Of a stretch of 64,000 nucleotides of DNA, positions 38,898-50,349 are shown piece by piece (the stretch's first letter is position 1; each line of letters begins with the position of its first letter). This stretch comes from Octopus vulgaris (lineage: Eukaryota). Location: contig OX597814.1 in NCBI GenBank assembly GCA_951406725.2, positions 110,608,001-110,672,000 of the forward strand, read 5' to 3'. The position numbers and the translations under genes are program-made. Below the pieces are notes generated by a model that was given only the letters and a program-made list of their open reading frames with translations, was not told where the DNA came from and made no database searches.

Positions 38898-39909
38898 GTG
38901 TGTGCCTGCGTTTGTCCCCCCGCCACATCGCTTGACAACCGATGTTAGTGTGTTTATGTCTCTAACAAAAGAGACCGATAGAATAAGTACTAGGCTTACA
39001 AAGAATAACTCCTGGGGTCAATTTGTTCGACTAGAGATGGCGCTCCAGCATGGCCGCAGTCAAAGAAAAATGAAGAATGTATAATGTTGACAAAATTTAG
39101 AGGAATTGTGGATCGTTTCCCTCTACACTGCATCCGCGACTGTTACCACCAATCACAACTTGGAACAATTTCCACTTTTTTTTTTTTAATAACATGTATG
39201 TTTGAAATAGTCAACAGTTTTGAAAACGTATTTCTGCAAAATGTCGTTTAAACATTTATATTTTAAAGTGAGTTTTGAGCAATCGGGAAGTGGAAAAAAA
39301 AAAAAAAAGGATCCGAAATTCTGTCAAAAGATGTTATCAACACACTCGTAATCTCCACCCTCGGAAGCGAATCTCTGAAAAATTTCATTAAAAAAAAACA
39401 TGTAAGCGCAGTCGCGGCTGTGTGGTAAGGTTTGTGAGTGGATTTGGTAGACGAAAACTGAAAGTCTGCCGTATATAAGTGTGTGTGTGAGTCATTGTGT
39501 CCCCAACTACCGTGTAACAACCGGTGTTGGTCTGTTTACGTCCTCGTATCTTTGCGGTTCGGCAAAAGCGACCGATTGAATAATTACTAGGCTTAAAAAA
39601 AGTATAAGGATTAATTCGTTCGATTAACATACTTCAGGGCGGTACCCCAACATGGCCGCTGTCAAATGATTGAAACAGGTATGAAGATAAAAGGGAAAGA
39701 AAAGGAAATAAAGTCGGGGAAATGGCACCAATCTGTTGTTAATACCAAAGGTTTTATCTTGTCATACTCATATCACTCTGATTTTGAATCACGTTAAAAA
39801 TACAAGTGTCTAAGGAATACTCAGCCACTTGCATGTTATTTTAACGAGTCGGACGTTTAGATGACCGAACGACTGAATGCTCGTCGTCGACACCAACAAA
39901 AGATCCATC

Positions 39910-40081
39910 GGTATTACTTAAGAAGAGTGGTCCCGGTGCGCGCACTCGCACAAGCTAGTCGTGACTAGTCAATCCTACAACGACTACCTAGCAAACTAAA
40001 TAAAACACAAAATAAGGATCGACTAGTCACGACTAGCTAGCGCGGATGCGCACACCGGGACCACTCTTCTTAAGTAGTACC
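39910..40081. mobile_element. Merlin/MULE-like MITE with about 65-bp TIRs
   Basis: GGTATTACTTAAGAAGAGTGGTCCCGGTG..CACCGGGACCACTCTTCTTAAGTAGTACC; 9-bp TSD agatccatc/agatctatc. Confidence 0.75.
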
Positions 40082-40973
40082 AGATCTATCTTTACTTCTC
40101 TGAGAATACCGTAGTTATGCGTTTGTACATGGATAGCAGATCAATCTTGTACTTCAACGGCGTAAAAAGTATTATTCCCCTTTGATGAGATAGAGTGGAG
40201 GAGCTTGTTAATATTTTTTATGTATTTACTTATTTAACGAGTACTTTGTGTATTGACAATTATAGCACAATAGAAAATGTACTTTGAACTCTACAAGCTA
40301 AAACATTTATGTATTACATTAAAGAAAGAAAAAGAAAGGTCGATGGTTTATTCTTTAAAATATTTTTATTCGCATTCCCACCTTCGAATAGAAAGTTAAA
40401 TATAAAAATATATTAGTGAATTAAAACTAATGTGATGACTACTGCAGTTATTATATGTATAGAGATTATATTTGAAGAAAAATGTAAAAGTCATCGAAAT
40501 GCTCAATGCTTTTTTTTTTTTAATTCAATTTGTCTACTTCAGTCAGATAAAGGAATAACAGATAAGAAATAGTGGTGAGTGCATGCACACACACAAACAC
40601 ACGTATATATACGCACACATATCTCGGGTCTAAAAGCTGTTTTGTTAATCCACGAAAAAAAAAAACAACTGATAAAACAAAGTCTTTTTAACATTATGAA
40701 TTCATTCGTCAGAGATACACAGGAATTTTTGGCAATCCTTGAGTTTATGTCTCCGCCATCACCTTACTAGCAAGCAGCTGCTTTTGTGATGTTTGACGGC
40801 TTCTTTACGCTTCATCGTTTTGAGGTTAATAAAATAAAGTACCAGTCAAGTACTGGGTTCGATAGTATCAATTAATTCCTTCCTATCAAAATTGCTGGCC
40901 TTGTGTCTGCCTTAAATCAACCGAAATCGAATGTCAGGTGAAAGGGAAAATAGAAACATTAAGTCAAGGGTGG

Positions 40974-41027
<54 letters not shown>

Positions 41028-41076
41028 GATATCTTACAAAGACAGAGACTGAAGAGATATATAAACAAAAATGTTG

Positions 41077-41082
41077 TTTATT
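41077..41082 (-). promoter_or_regulatory. Probable poly(A) signal of TECR
   Basis: AATAAA on - about 300 nt after the stop, followed by a U-rich element (ttttgtttat). Confidence 0.55.
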
Positions 41083-41384
41083 AATTCTGTATAACTGATA
41101 AAATTATAACAATTCAATGAAAGTAGCACAAAACAAATGAACATGAAGACACTGCAAATAAGAAAAAACAAAAATGACTTCGATTTTTATGTAGAACGAC
41201 AAATTGTGTTACATTAAATATCACCAGAATTGGTGCAGTTCAGAGAACATTAAGAAAATGCCAAAATTTACAAATCAAATGTGATAATGTTAATTAAACA
41301 ATAAGTTTTCTTTTTCTAAACAGAACACTGAATTGAATCTACATGACAATTCATTTTAGATTTTCACAAATGGAAGTTGTACGT

Positions 41385-42299
41385 TTAAAAGATAAATGGG
41401 ATAATGGCCTTACGCTTTTTTGGATAGTTTTTGAATTCTTTCCTGCTGTTAGAGAGTTTGGCGCGGGCCCAGACGGCCATCTGATACAAACCGGCAAGAG
41501 CAAAAAGTTGAGCAGGTAAGCACTGGGTCATTATAGAAAAGGATTGCCAGGCAATATATTCATAGGTGTAGTTAGGACAGGCTACCAAGCTAAACAGCCA
41601 AGTAAAAGGATTTGTTCCGGGATATGGGATCATACGAACTTTGGAATTTTTCGGCCGTAAGTTTCTGAATGCGAGGTGAATAGAAAAGTTTCCAAGTTCA
41701 GCCAGAATGAATCCAGTCAAAGCGCCATAGATTTGTAGGTCGCCAAACATTGGGGGTGTGTAGAGAGGATGGTTCACGTAGTAAGCGACGAAAGCAGCGA
41801 AACCCCAGTAGTAAAACGAATTCTTAAAGATGTTACGAATTGGCATGGTTGCATGAGAGAAACGGTGTACGAATAGGGTTTCCAATAAACGTTTGACAAA
41901 ATGGAATATATAGCAACCGGCAGCAAGGTTCACGACAAAATCTTTCGGATCATTAGCAGCATCAACATCATAGATGAATGAAGGACGCATGTAAAATATA
42001 GCGTAAATGACAGGAGGACCAGCATATTCAGTTAGGAAGACTGTTGTCCATCCTACTTGTGGACCAAGGTCTTTAAAATAGAGGACAGCCTTTTTATCAA
42101 ACCCTAAAGTCGATAAAGTTTCCTCGTCGCGTAAAATTCGCCCGCGTGGTTCTTTGCGGAATGAATGTCTTGCCAGAGAAAGTTTGGAATTAAGCTTCTT
42201 ATATTCAAGTTTAACATCATGGATTGTTGATGACTGTTTCAGTGAACTAAAAGAAATAATACTTTTCCCGGTTTTGGCATTAATAATATCCACTTCCAT
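41385..42299 (-). CDS. TECR: Very-long-chain enoyl-CoA reductase (TECR/Tsc13, steroid 5-alpha-reductase family), intronless, 304 aa
   Basis: Ubiquitin-like N-terminus; motifs FKDLGPQVGWTTVFLTEYAGP, KRLLETLFVHRFSHATMP, YYWGFAA, GNFSIH, CPNYTYE and C-terminal IIPFIF; start context ACCATGG. Confidence 0.97.
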   Translation of the reverse strand: MEVDIINAKTGKSIISFSSLKQSSTIHDVKLEYKKLNSKLSLARHSFRKEPRGRILRDEETLSTLGFDKKAVLYFKDLGPQVGWTTVFLTEYAGPPVIYAIFYMRPSFIYDVDAANDPKDFVVNLAAGCYIFHFVKRLLETLFVHRFSHATMPIRNIFKNSFYYWGFAAFVAYYVNHPLYTPPMFGDLQIYGALTGFILAELGNFSIHLAFRNLRPKNSKVRMIPYPGTNPFTWLFSLVACPNYTYEYIAWQSFSIMTQCLPAQLFALAGLYQMAVWARAKLSNSRKEFKNYPKKRKAIIPFIF

Positions 42300-42820
42300 G
42301 GTAATTGGCGAGAGGAAGACTTGGGACTTCGACAGAAATCGAACAAAGCGACAGGATTACGGCTGCCGAAGAAGCTACGTTAGGATACAAAGCAATAGTT
42401 TCGGAGGATATCTTTGTGGAGAAACTTCAAGTTAATGTCGTTTTGGGAAAATCTTTCTTAAATACACTGATATGAAATCAGAAATATTATTCTTTTCTGT
42501 TTTGAGAAGTCATTAGAAAAATATGAATACAAAATATTGAAACTTTAGAATACTTGCCTTCGCATTTTTTAAACAAAAATCTGGACAGTGAAATTAAAGG
42601 GAGAAAATTGCTAGAATGAATAGATTGCTAAGTAATGATTATATTTAGAGTTATTCCCACTTAACGTAAAAGAATTCAAGGGGAAAATCTTCATCAATAT
42701 AGTCGTGGTCATCGTCGTCTTCTTCTTCTTCTTCTTCTTCTTCTTCAAGCCCTGTCCCTCCAGAGCTAACCAATGATCAAAAGCAGCTTTTTTTTCTCTC
42801 TCATTCATAATGCATTGAAG

Positions 42821-42853
<33 letters not shown>

Positions 42854-43915
42854 TTTTTTTTAAGACAGCGGAAAGCGGTTTCAGAGACATTTGGTTGCTA
42901 CATTTAGCAGACCATACGATCATACAGCTGCTCCTAGTGTAAGCTGTTTGAATTCAAATTTCGTCACAGCCAACCCTGATTAAGCTTATAAGACCAGAGG
43001 CGCTCCAACTACGACCATACTCATCTTTATTTTGAGACAACAGGGTGAAAATTGATGTAAATCAGGCTGCCAATCCCAGCAGTTTGAGCTACCGTGTAGA
43101 AACGTACTCGTTCACACACAATATTTTATCCACAAGTATTTTAGCATTATAAGTCATTATACATTGGAAGAAAAATGAAAATGAGGGGAAAATGGACTAG
43201 AATAGTTCTAATATTGTATAATTATTGAGTCAGTACTAATAAATGTTGTTGGATTTTAGCAAATGCATCGCAAAATGTTCAGTAAAAAGCCCCCAGCAAA
43301 ACGTCAGTTACATTTAAAAGGAACAATTCTCGAAGGTCTGAATAAAATGCTTTCATATTATTTTTATCCCATAATGTTGTAGTTGTTCAGTTTTGACCTC
43401 CCACCAATCTGGTTCTAGCTTTCTAGTATGTTGATTCCAAATTTTGGCACAAGGCCAGCAATCTCGGGGGAGGGGATTACCTCGACCCCAGTACTCAATT
43501 AGTACTTAATTTATCAAGCCCGAAGGGATGAAAGACAAAGTCGACTTAGATGGAATTTGAACTCAGAACATGAAGACGGACGAAATGCCGTTAAGTATTT
43601 TGCCCAGCGTGCTAACAATTCTCCCAACTCACTACCTTCCAGTTTCCGAATATATTGTTCTTGCAGCTTACATCTTGCTTCCATTAATTACCCTCTTTGT
43701 AATTTGTGTCGTAATTTAGCTGCCTTGTCCTTTCTGCAATGTTCTTTTCTTCTAGCAGGGTCTGTAGTTGGATGCCGTCCTCGGAGAAACCAATCTTGAT
43801 GTTTTTTTCACCGGTTTGCCAAGGACTCGTTGAGCTGTCCCATATGTAAACAAAATCTTATCGGAAATTGTTCTTAATGCGGACAATATTTATGTACCTG
43901 TGTGTATGTGTGTGT

Positions 43916-43957
<42 letters not shown>

Positions 43958-44054
43958 ATGTTCTCCTTACTGGAGTTCAACTAGTTCCTAGCAAAGTGAC
44001 AAAACATTTAGAGTTAAGAGAGTTCCTGGGGTTAGTAAATCTGTGGTTGAATTA

Positions 44055-44467
44055 GTACGTACGTACGTACGTATGTTTGTATGTATGTATGTATGTATGT
44101 ATGTATGTATGTATGCATACTTGTATGTATGTGTGTGTGTATGTATGTATGCATATATGTATGTTTGTTTGTATGCATACTTGTATGTATGTTTGTATGC
44201 ATACATGTATGTATGTATGTATGTTTGTATGCATACTTGTATGTATGTATGTATGCATACTTGTATGTATGTATGTATGTATATATGTATGTTTGTTTGT
44301 ATGCATACTTGTATGTATGTTTGTATGCATACATGTATGTATGTATGTATGTATGCTTGTATGTATGTTTGTATGCATACTTGTATGTATGTATGTATGT
44401 ATGTATTATGTATGTATGCTTGTATGTATGTATGTATGTATGTATGTATGTATGTATGTATGTATGC
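44055..44467. repeat. Compound (TATG)n microsatellite array
   Basis: About 410 bp of tatg/tgca/tact variants; source of the MYVCMY and HTYI pseudo-ORFs. Confidence 0.95.
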
Positions 44468-44510
44468 TCTGACAGTTGTTTCGATTCAGTAATATTTAGA
44501 TAATTAATTT

Positions 44511-44675
44511 ATAAAATTAAAATCATTATAAGATGAATCTCTTCCGAGGTAGCAAAGATATACCGATTAGAAGTAAATGTTAACGGTTTGTAGCCGTTAT
44601 TTCAACATGTATTTCTAATCGGTATATCTTTACTACTCCTGAAGAGATTCACCTTATAATGATTTTAATTTTATA
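44511..44675. repeat. Palindromic insertion with about 75-nt arms
   Basis: aaaattaaaatcattataagatgaatctcttc..gaagagattcaccttataatgattttaatttt. Confidence 0.8.
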
Positions 44676-44723
44676 TATATAATGATTTTAATTATATAAA
44701 TATATATATATGTGTGTGTTTGT

Positions 44724-44758
<35 letters not shown>

Positions 44759-44763
<5 letters not shown>

Positions 44764-45492
44764 TGGATCTTGCATGCATGAAGTGGATTCGATCCGCCAC
44801 AACCAAATTTAAATTAACACTGCAACAGAACTTTTCCCACGATGGAACAATGATTTTTCTCTGACAGCAGTTTTATATTTTCCGGATACCTTTGGCTAGG
44901 CCGAAATAATGTCTTCACCACTTGACCCTTTCTAACCTCTTCTACTTCATCAAAAGCTAGAATAGAGATAACAAGACCACCAACTAAATCTATTGTTCTC
45001 AATGATATATCTATCCTTCTAGATAGTTATATAAGCAAGCATACCCCAAGCAAAAATTAGTTCGTCACAGTCGGTGACGACTCAGCTAAGTCTGGCTGAC
45101 CAGCTAGAACATTGGTCAGAGGGAGAAATGGAAGTTTACTGCCAGCAACTGTGAGACAACGTTCCACACCCTACAATTCTCACTAGCTCTAATTCTATTC
45201 TCCTACAACATCATTCTATCTCTCTCGGTAATTACTACTACTAAACAATGAAGAGGACACTATAACAAACTTTACTTCGCATGCTTTTGGATGTATCAAA
45301 ACCTTCTCGTCGACGCAAGGTATTGTTACGGTAAATAAATACTTTCTTAAAACTTCATGCATTGTCTATCTTTCACATCTTACAACATGCAATAATAACA
45401 ATAACTTTTTATCGTCACATTTGCTGATTTCGACTCATCAGAATATTGTGTACCTAATCAATCTAAAACCGTTACAATTGGTGACCGTCGAC
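44759..45492 (+). mobile_element. Gypsy-like LTR (44759-45476) followed by a primer-binding-site-like motif
   Basis: TGTAGTGG..CCGTTACA termini; internal AATAAA near 45335; TGGTGACCGTCGAC 2 nt after the LTR end (cf. TGGTGACCCCGAC). Confidence 0.6.
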
Positions 45493-45570
45493 TTCAACTA
45501 AAAACTTTATCGTCACACCAGCTGACTCCTGACATATCTTCATAATATGTACCAAATCAACATAAAGCCG

Positions 45571-45601
<31 letters not shown>

Positions 45602-45612
45602 CATACATACAT

Positions 45613-45708
<96 letters not shown>

Positions 45709-45899
45709 GGGGAGAGAGATCGACGTGTTGCTTAGAGGTTAGGGTAATCAGCTCACGACCTTACGGTCGTGATTGTGGCAACGTGTTTTGTCCTTGAGCA
45801 AGACACTTATTTGACATTGCTCTGGTCCACTCAGCCCTCGTCATCATAACCAACGGAGTGTCAGATATCAACGAAACAGCGAAGGACATTTTCTATAAC

Positions 45900-46440
45900 A
45901 ATGGCAACGGAGCTTATGTGACGATATTGCCTGCATCAACCACTAAATCTCAAAGGGTTCTTTTACAAGGCGTGACACCTTTATCCTGATTCGATTCAGG
46001 TGGGTGTCAGTGAAATTCTGTGATTTCGAGCATCCCAGAACTTTCAACAGCGACCTGCATGAAAATACATATATCTGTCAATGGCTTGTTTTAGTTATCT
46101 TCCACTTCTGTCCAAAGCGGATGCTAGCTTTCATGTTTACAACCGAAGCCAAAAGACTGGCACTAGAGACTGTGTCACAACACGCAGCATCTCAGATGAG
46201 CAACATTCCTCACTCGAACGGAAAAAGGGTTCTATCACTTCTGGACACCGACCGTCACCGTAATGAAGGCCAATGGATTTCAGTTGTAATAGAAATTGGC
46301 TGCATCGATGTTCCTCTTAATAACATCGTTCAATGTACTGTAGCTATGGAGAAATGTCCTGCATTGTAACGACAAGAGCGCGAGTGCAGTCCGAACATGT
46401 CAACAGTTGTTTCACTGCAGCATTTATGTGACTTACACAC
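45900..46440 (-). mobile_element. CRE-clade (RLE) non-LTR retrotransposon remnant
   Basis: Frameshifted CKSHKCC..VDMFGLHSRSCRYNAG..LNDVIKR..GL..GDGRCPE..DAACCDT..VAVESSG matches the CRE zinc-finger plus PD..D endonuclease pattern. Confidence 0.6.
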
Positions 46441-48040
46441 AATAATGCTGAGATCATCATCATCATCGTTTAACGTCCGTTTTCCATGCTAGCATGGGTT
46501 GGAAGATTTTGACTGAGGGCTGGCAAACCAGATGGCTGCACTAGGCTCCAGTCTGATCTGGCAGTGTTTCTACAGCTGGATGCTCTTCCTAACGCCAACC
46601 ACTCCGTGAGTGTAGTGGGTGCTTTATACGTGCCACCGGCTGGCAACGACCACGATCGGTTGGTGGTTTTTACGTACCACCGACAAGGAAGCCAGTCAAG
46701 GCGGTGCTGGCATCGGCCACGTACAGATAGTGCTTTTTACGTGCCATTGGCGCAGGTGCCAGGGGAGGATGGAAACGGCCACGAACGGTTGGTGCTTTTT
46801 ACATGCCACCGGTCAAAGCGGCGCTGGCATCGGCCACGTACGGATGGTGCATTTTACATGTCACTGGCACAGGTATCGCAACCACAATTTCCATACTGAT
46901 TTATCCATTACTGGATGATCCAGAAAGTGAAGCAACAGGCCAGCAGCGATCGCCTTCATAAAATAAAAGTAAAATAATGTTCAGTAGTAGTTGGCTAAAC
47001 TCGGCGATGAAATGAAACTCTAAGATTTTTTTTCTCCACGAAACTGAAAGTTTATTTTGAAATTGCTCGTGTATGGAAAAAAATTGTTGCTCTTGTTACG
47101 CGGCAAGAATCTGTGAGAATTGCAGACAGCATCATTTACATTGATAAAGTGATTGAAGGAAATAATTTCGTACGATATATTTATAGGCAATCTTTTGTTT
47201 TGACTCATATTTATACGATGAACAATGAAAGCACAATTAATTCATAATTAATCAGCGGTATGGCTGTAACGAACCAATACGTTTGGTTAATCACCATACA
47301 TTACCAGTATTATCCCAATTATTGGGATGTAGCCAGCCCACTTATGCATACCTTTCCATCTTGGGACACAAAACTCTGCTTGCGAAGAACTGTTGAGGCA
47401 AGTGAAATCGAAATCGATCAAAAATCAATGAAAATTGTAGTTGTGATACCAGTGTCGGTGGCACGTAAAAGAACCATCCGAACATGGCCGTTGCCAGCGT
47501 CACCTCGACTGGCCTCCGTGCCGGTGGCACGTAAAAACCACCTACCGATCGTGACAGTTGCCAGCCTCCCCTGGCACCTGTGCCGGTGGCACGTAAAATG
47601 CACCTACTACACTCATGGAGTGGTTGGCGTTAGGAAGGGCATCCAGCTGTAGAAACACTGCCAGATCAGACTGGGCCTGGTGCAGCCTCCTGCCTTCCCA
47701 GACCCCAGTCGAAACGTCCAACCCATGGAACGCGGACGTTAAACGATGATGATGATGATGATGATGATGATATTTAAAAAAATTAAACTGTAATAAATCA
47801 AAAACATTTTATTTTTAAAAAATCGATTTAACAATTAGTAATTTGTTGCATCATGATTCTGTCGCTTTTATTTCATTTCAAGGAAAACAATTCTTCATTT
47901 TCGTCAGTGCCAGCTTTCTGTCATATTACAATCTCTGACGACTTCAGTAGTTTCACTTTCGTAATCATAAAAGGAAACATCGCCTTAGATAATATCCAAG
48001 GTTGTCTCTGATAGTGTAGATATGTTTTACTATAGGCTGT

Positions 48041-48598
48041 GGCAAGACTTCCGCCCCCACCCCACCCTTTTTAAAAACTTTTCGGCTATACGAGTCTGCA
48101 AAAAAAAAATTGGCAAAAATCGACATTTCTAAATTACCACCCCCACCTCACCCCCATTTCCTTCATTTTAAACTTTTTTCAGAAGTTTTTCTCTCTCAAA
48201 ATATGCGGAAAAATACGGAGATTATGATTCTGAAAAAAATTTCCAAAAATCATAGTAAAATTTTTTTTTTAAGAATTTTTTTTTCTAAATATGCAGAAAA
48301 ACACGGACATCAGGATTCGGACAAAAATTTCAAAACATTTCTGTACTTACCGTTACGGTTTTATGGTTAGGGTTAGAGTTAGGGTTAGGGTTAAGGTTTT
48401 AGGGTTAGTGTTGCAGAAAAAAGTAAAAAATGAAGTTGGGGAGGAAATCAGGGTGGGGAAATTTTCACAATGCCGATTTTTGGCAATTTTCCGGAACCTC
48501 CGTATCCGAAAACGGGGATTTTTGGCAAAAAAAAATTTTTGAATAAACAAATTTAGGAGAAAATGGTGGAGTTGGGGGGGGGGAGCGGAAGTCTTTCC
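48041..48598. mobile_element. MITE with GG termini and an internal (TTAGGG)n tract
   Basis: TIRs GGCAAGACTTCCGC / GCGGAAGTCTTTCC; TSD-like taggctgt/taggctac; telomere-like repeats at about 48366-48407. Confidence 0.65.
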
Positions 48599-48751
48599 TA
48601 GGCTACTTTCCACACAAGGAACCAACGCTAGCTAATTATAAAAGACTCCAATAAATTTTAAATGACAAGTAACCATTAATTTATCGCCGTTTAAATTTTT
48701 AATATAAATTCGTTTCAGTTATATATTTCAATATCTCTTAAAAATGAACCC

Positions 48752-49634
48752 GGTCAAACTAAAGCGTTTGACCCGGTCATAAAAACTAAAAAAATAGTGT
48801 AATATGTGTAAAACAACTTGCTCTAAACGAATATGACAAAAAAAAAATGCGCGCTCGCGAAAGGGGTGGAGGAGAGGACCCGGAAAATTCACATCTTTAG
48901 TCCATGGCCTTTAAACTATAGTGTTTGACCCGGGCCGGAAAAAAAGAAAAAAGAAAGTGTAATTGGTGTAAAACTACTTGTTCTAAACGATTATCAAGAA
49001 CACACACACACACACAAAGAGAAATGGTTGGTTCAAGGCAAGTGTGCATTGAACTGAATTTAAATAAGCAAGAAAGATAGTATCAAAGAAAAGGCCATAG
49101 CACCATCTTTAGTATCTGTTGTTGTTATTATTATTATTATTATGGAGTTGAATGTGTGTGTGGTGAAGTTATTAATTATCAATATCAATACATTAACCAA
49201 CACCATTGAAGTGAAATAATAGTTTCTATACTTTTGGTTTGGTACTGCTGAATTGAGTCAAAGACTATATAATACAAGTCAGCAGAAAAAAAGAAGAAGA
49301 AAAATGCGATATCCATAACAGTAAAGAAATAAGACCTCCCCCAAACAGTAACCCTTGTGTTTAAAATCTCCCGAACAAAAAGAAGAGAGGATGTTTGGCT
49401 ATGGACTACCTTGATCTTTCTATGTTGTGGTTTAGCCACTATTTACACTATTTTTTTTGTTTGTTTTGTGCTCGGGTCAGACGCTTTCGAAAATTCACGA
49501 TGTGAGTCATCCCCCCCCCTTTTCGCGAGCGCGCATTTTTTTTGTCATATTCGTTTAGAGCAAGTCGTTTTACACTTATTACACTATCTTTTTTTTGTTG
49601 TTTTTATGACCGGGTCAAACGCTTTAGTTTGACC
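48752..49634. mobile_element. Long-TIR (about 115 bp) DNA element, MULE/Merlin-like, just upstream of the BolA start
   Basis: GGTCAAACTAAAGCGTTTGACCCGG.. inverted at both ends; perfect 8-bp TSD ATGAACCC (48744-48751, 49635-49642). Confidence 0.8.
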
Positions 49635-49727
49635 ATGAACCCGGTTTTATATTTATAGAAGAATTATTTATATGTCACCGGTTATCAGAAAGTGGTGAAT
49701 CAGACCAACTTTTTAAATTCATTTATT

Positions 49728-49743
49728 ATGAGTTTTCTTTCAG
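49728..49743 (+). CDS. BOLA1: BolA-like gene coding exon 1: MSFLS(G)
   Basis: ATG AGT TTT CTT TCA G|gtatgt; phase 1 fits the next exon; lies in a CpG-rich promoter-like zone. Confidence 0.65.
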
Positions 49744-50306
49744 GTATGTTATTTGTCTGTTCCGTTCCCAGATTTCTATTATAACCAATATTTCGGTTTA
49801 CTTATAAGAATACATCGCAACAACAAATATCCAATGTGCTAAAATATATTTTAGCGGCGTAAAATCTTCCTGGTCACCTTTCGGAGTTTTGTTTTACTTT
49901 TCGCCACGGACAGAAGTCCAAAAATGTTTTTGTGTGGGAAAAAGGATCGTATTAAAACTGACGCAAGGACTTTGGCTTATTTCGTTATCTAAGCGACAAA
50001 AACAACAACAACAACAACGTGCAAAAGCATAACAAAAAACATTGCCTGGCATACCTTTAATATATTTCTATTTTCATAGGCATAACTACATATTAGTGCC
50101 CCTCGACCTTGTTCCCTCATAGCTTTCTAAAAAATGCATATTTTAAAATGAAATTTTGCATAGCTACGTTTCGGAGAGCATAGATTAAAATTATGCTACT
50201 AAAAATGAAACATCTTGCGAAAATACGTTTTTGAGATGGTAGATTATGTAATATTCATGTTTCAAATGTATACATGTATATGCGCACATCTCTCTCTCTC
50301 TCACTC

Positions 50307-50349
<43 letters not shown>

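Noticed and set aside
42154-42435. 93-aa ORF antisense to the TECR 5' end
   Set aside because: Non-ATG start and shadow frame of TECR; no independent evidence.
43988-44503. Several 70-150 aa ORFs (MYVCMY.., HTYIHT..)
   Set aside because: Translations of a (TATG)n microsatellite.
45424-45441. CTGATGAGTCGAAA on the - strand inside the LTR
   Set aside because: Stem II would be 1 bp with a 1-nt loop, and there is no stem I/III or NUH site; probably chance or a relic.
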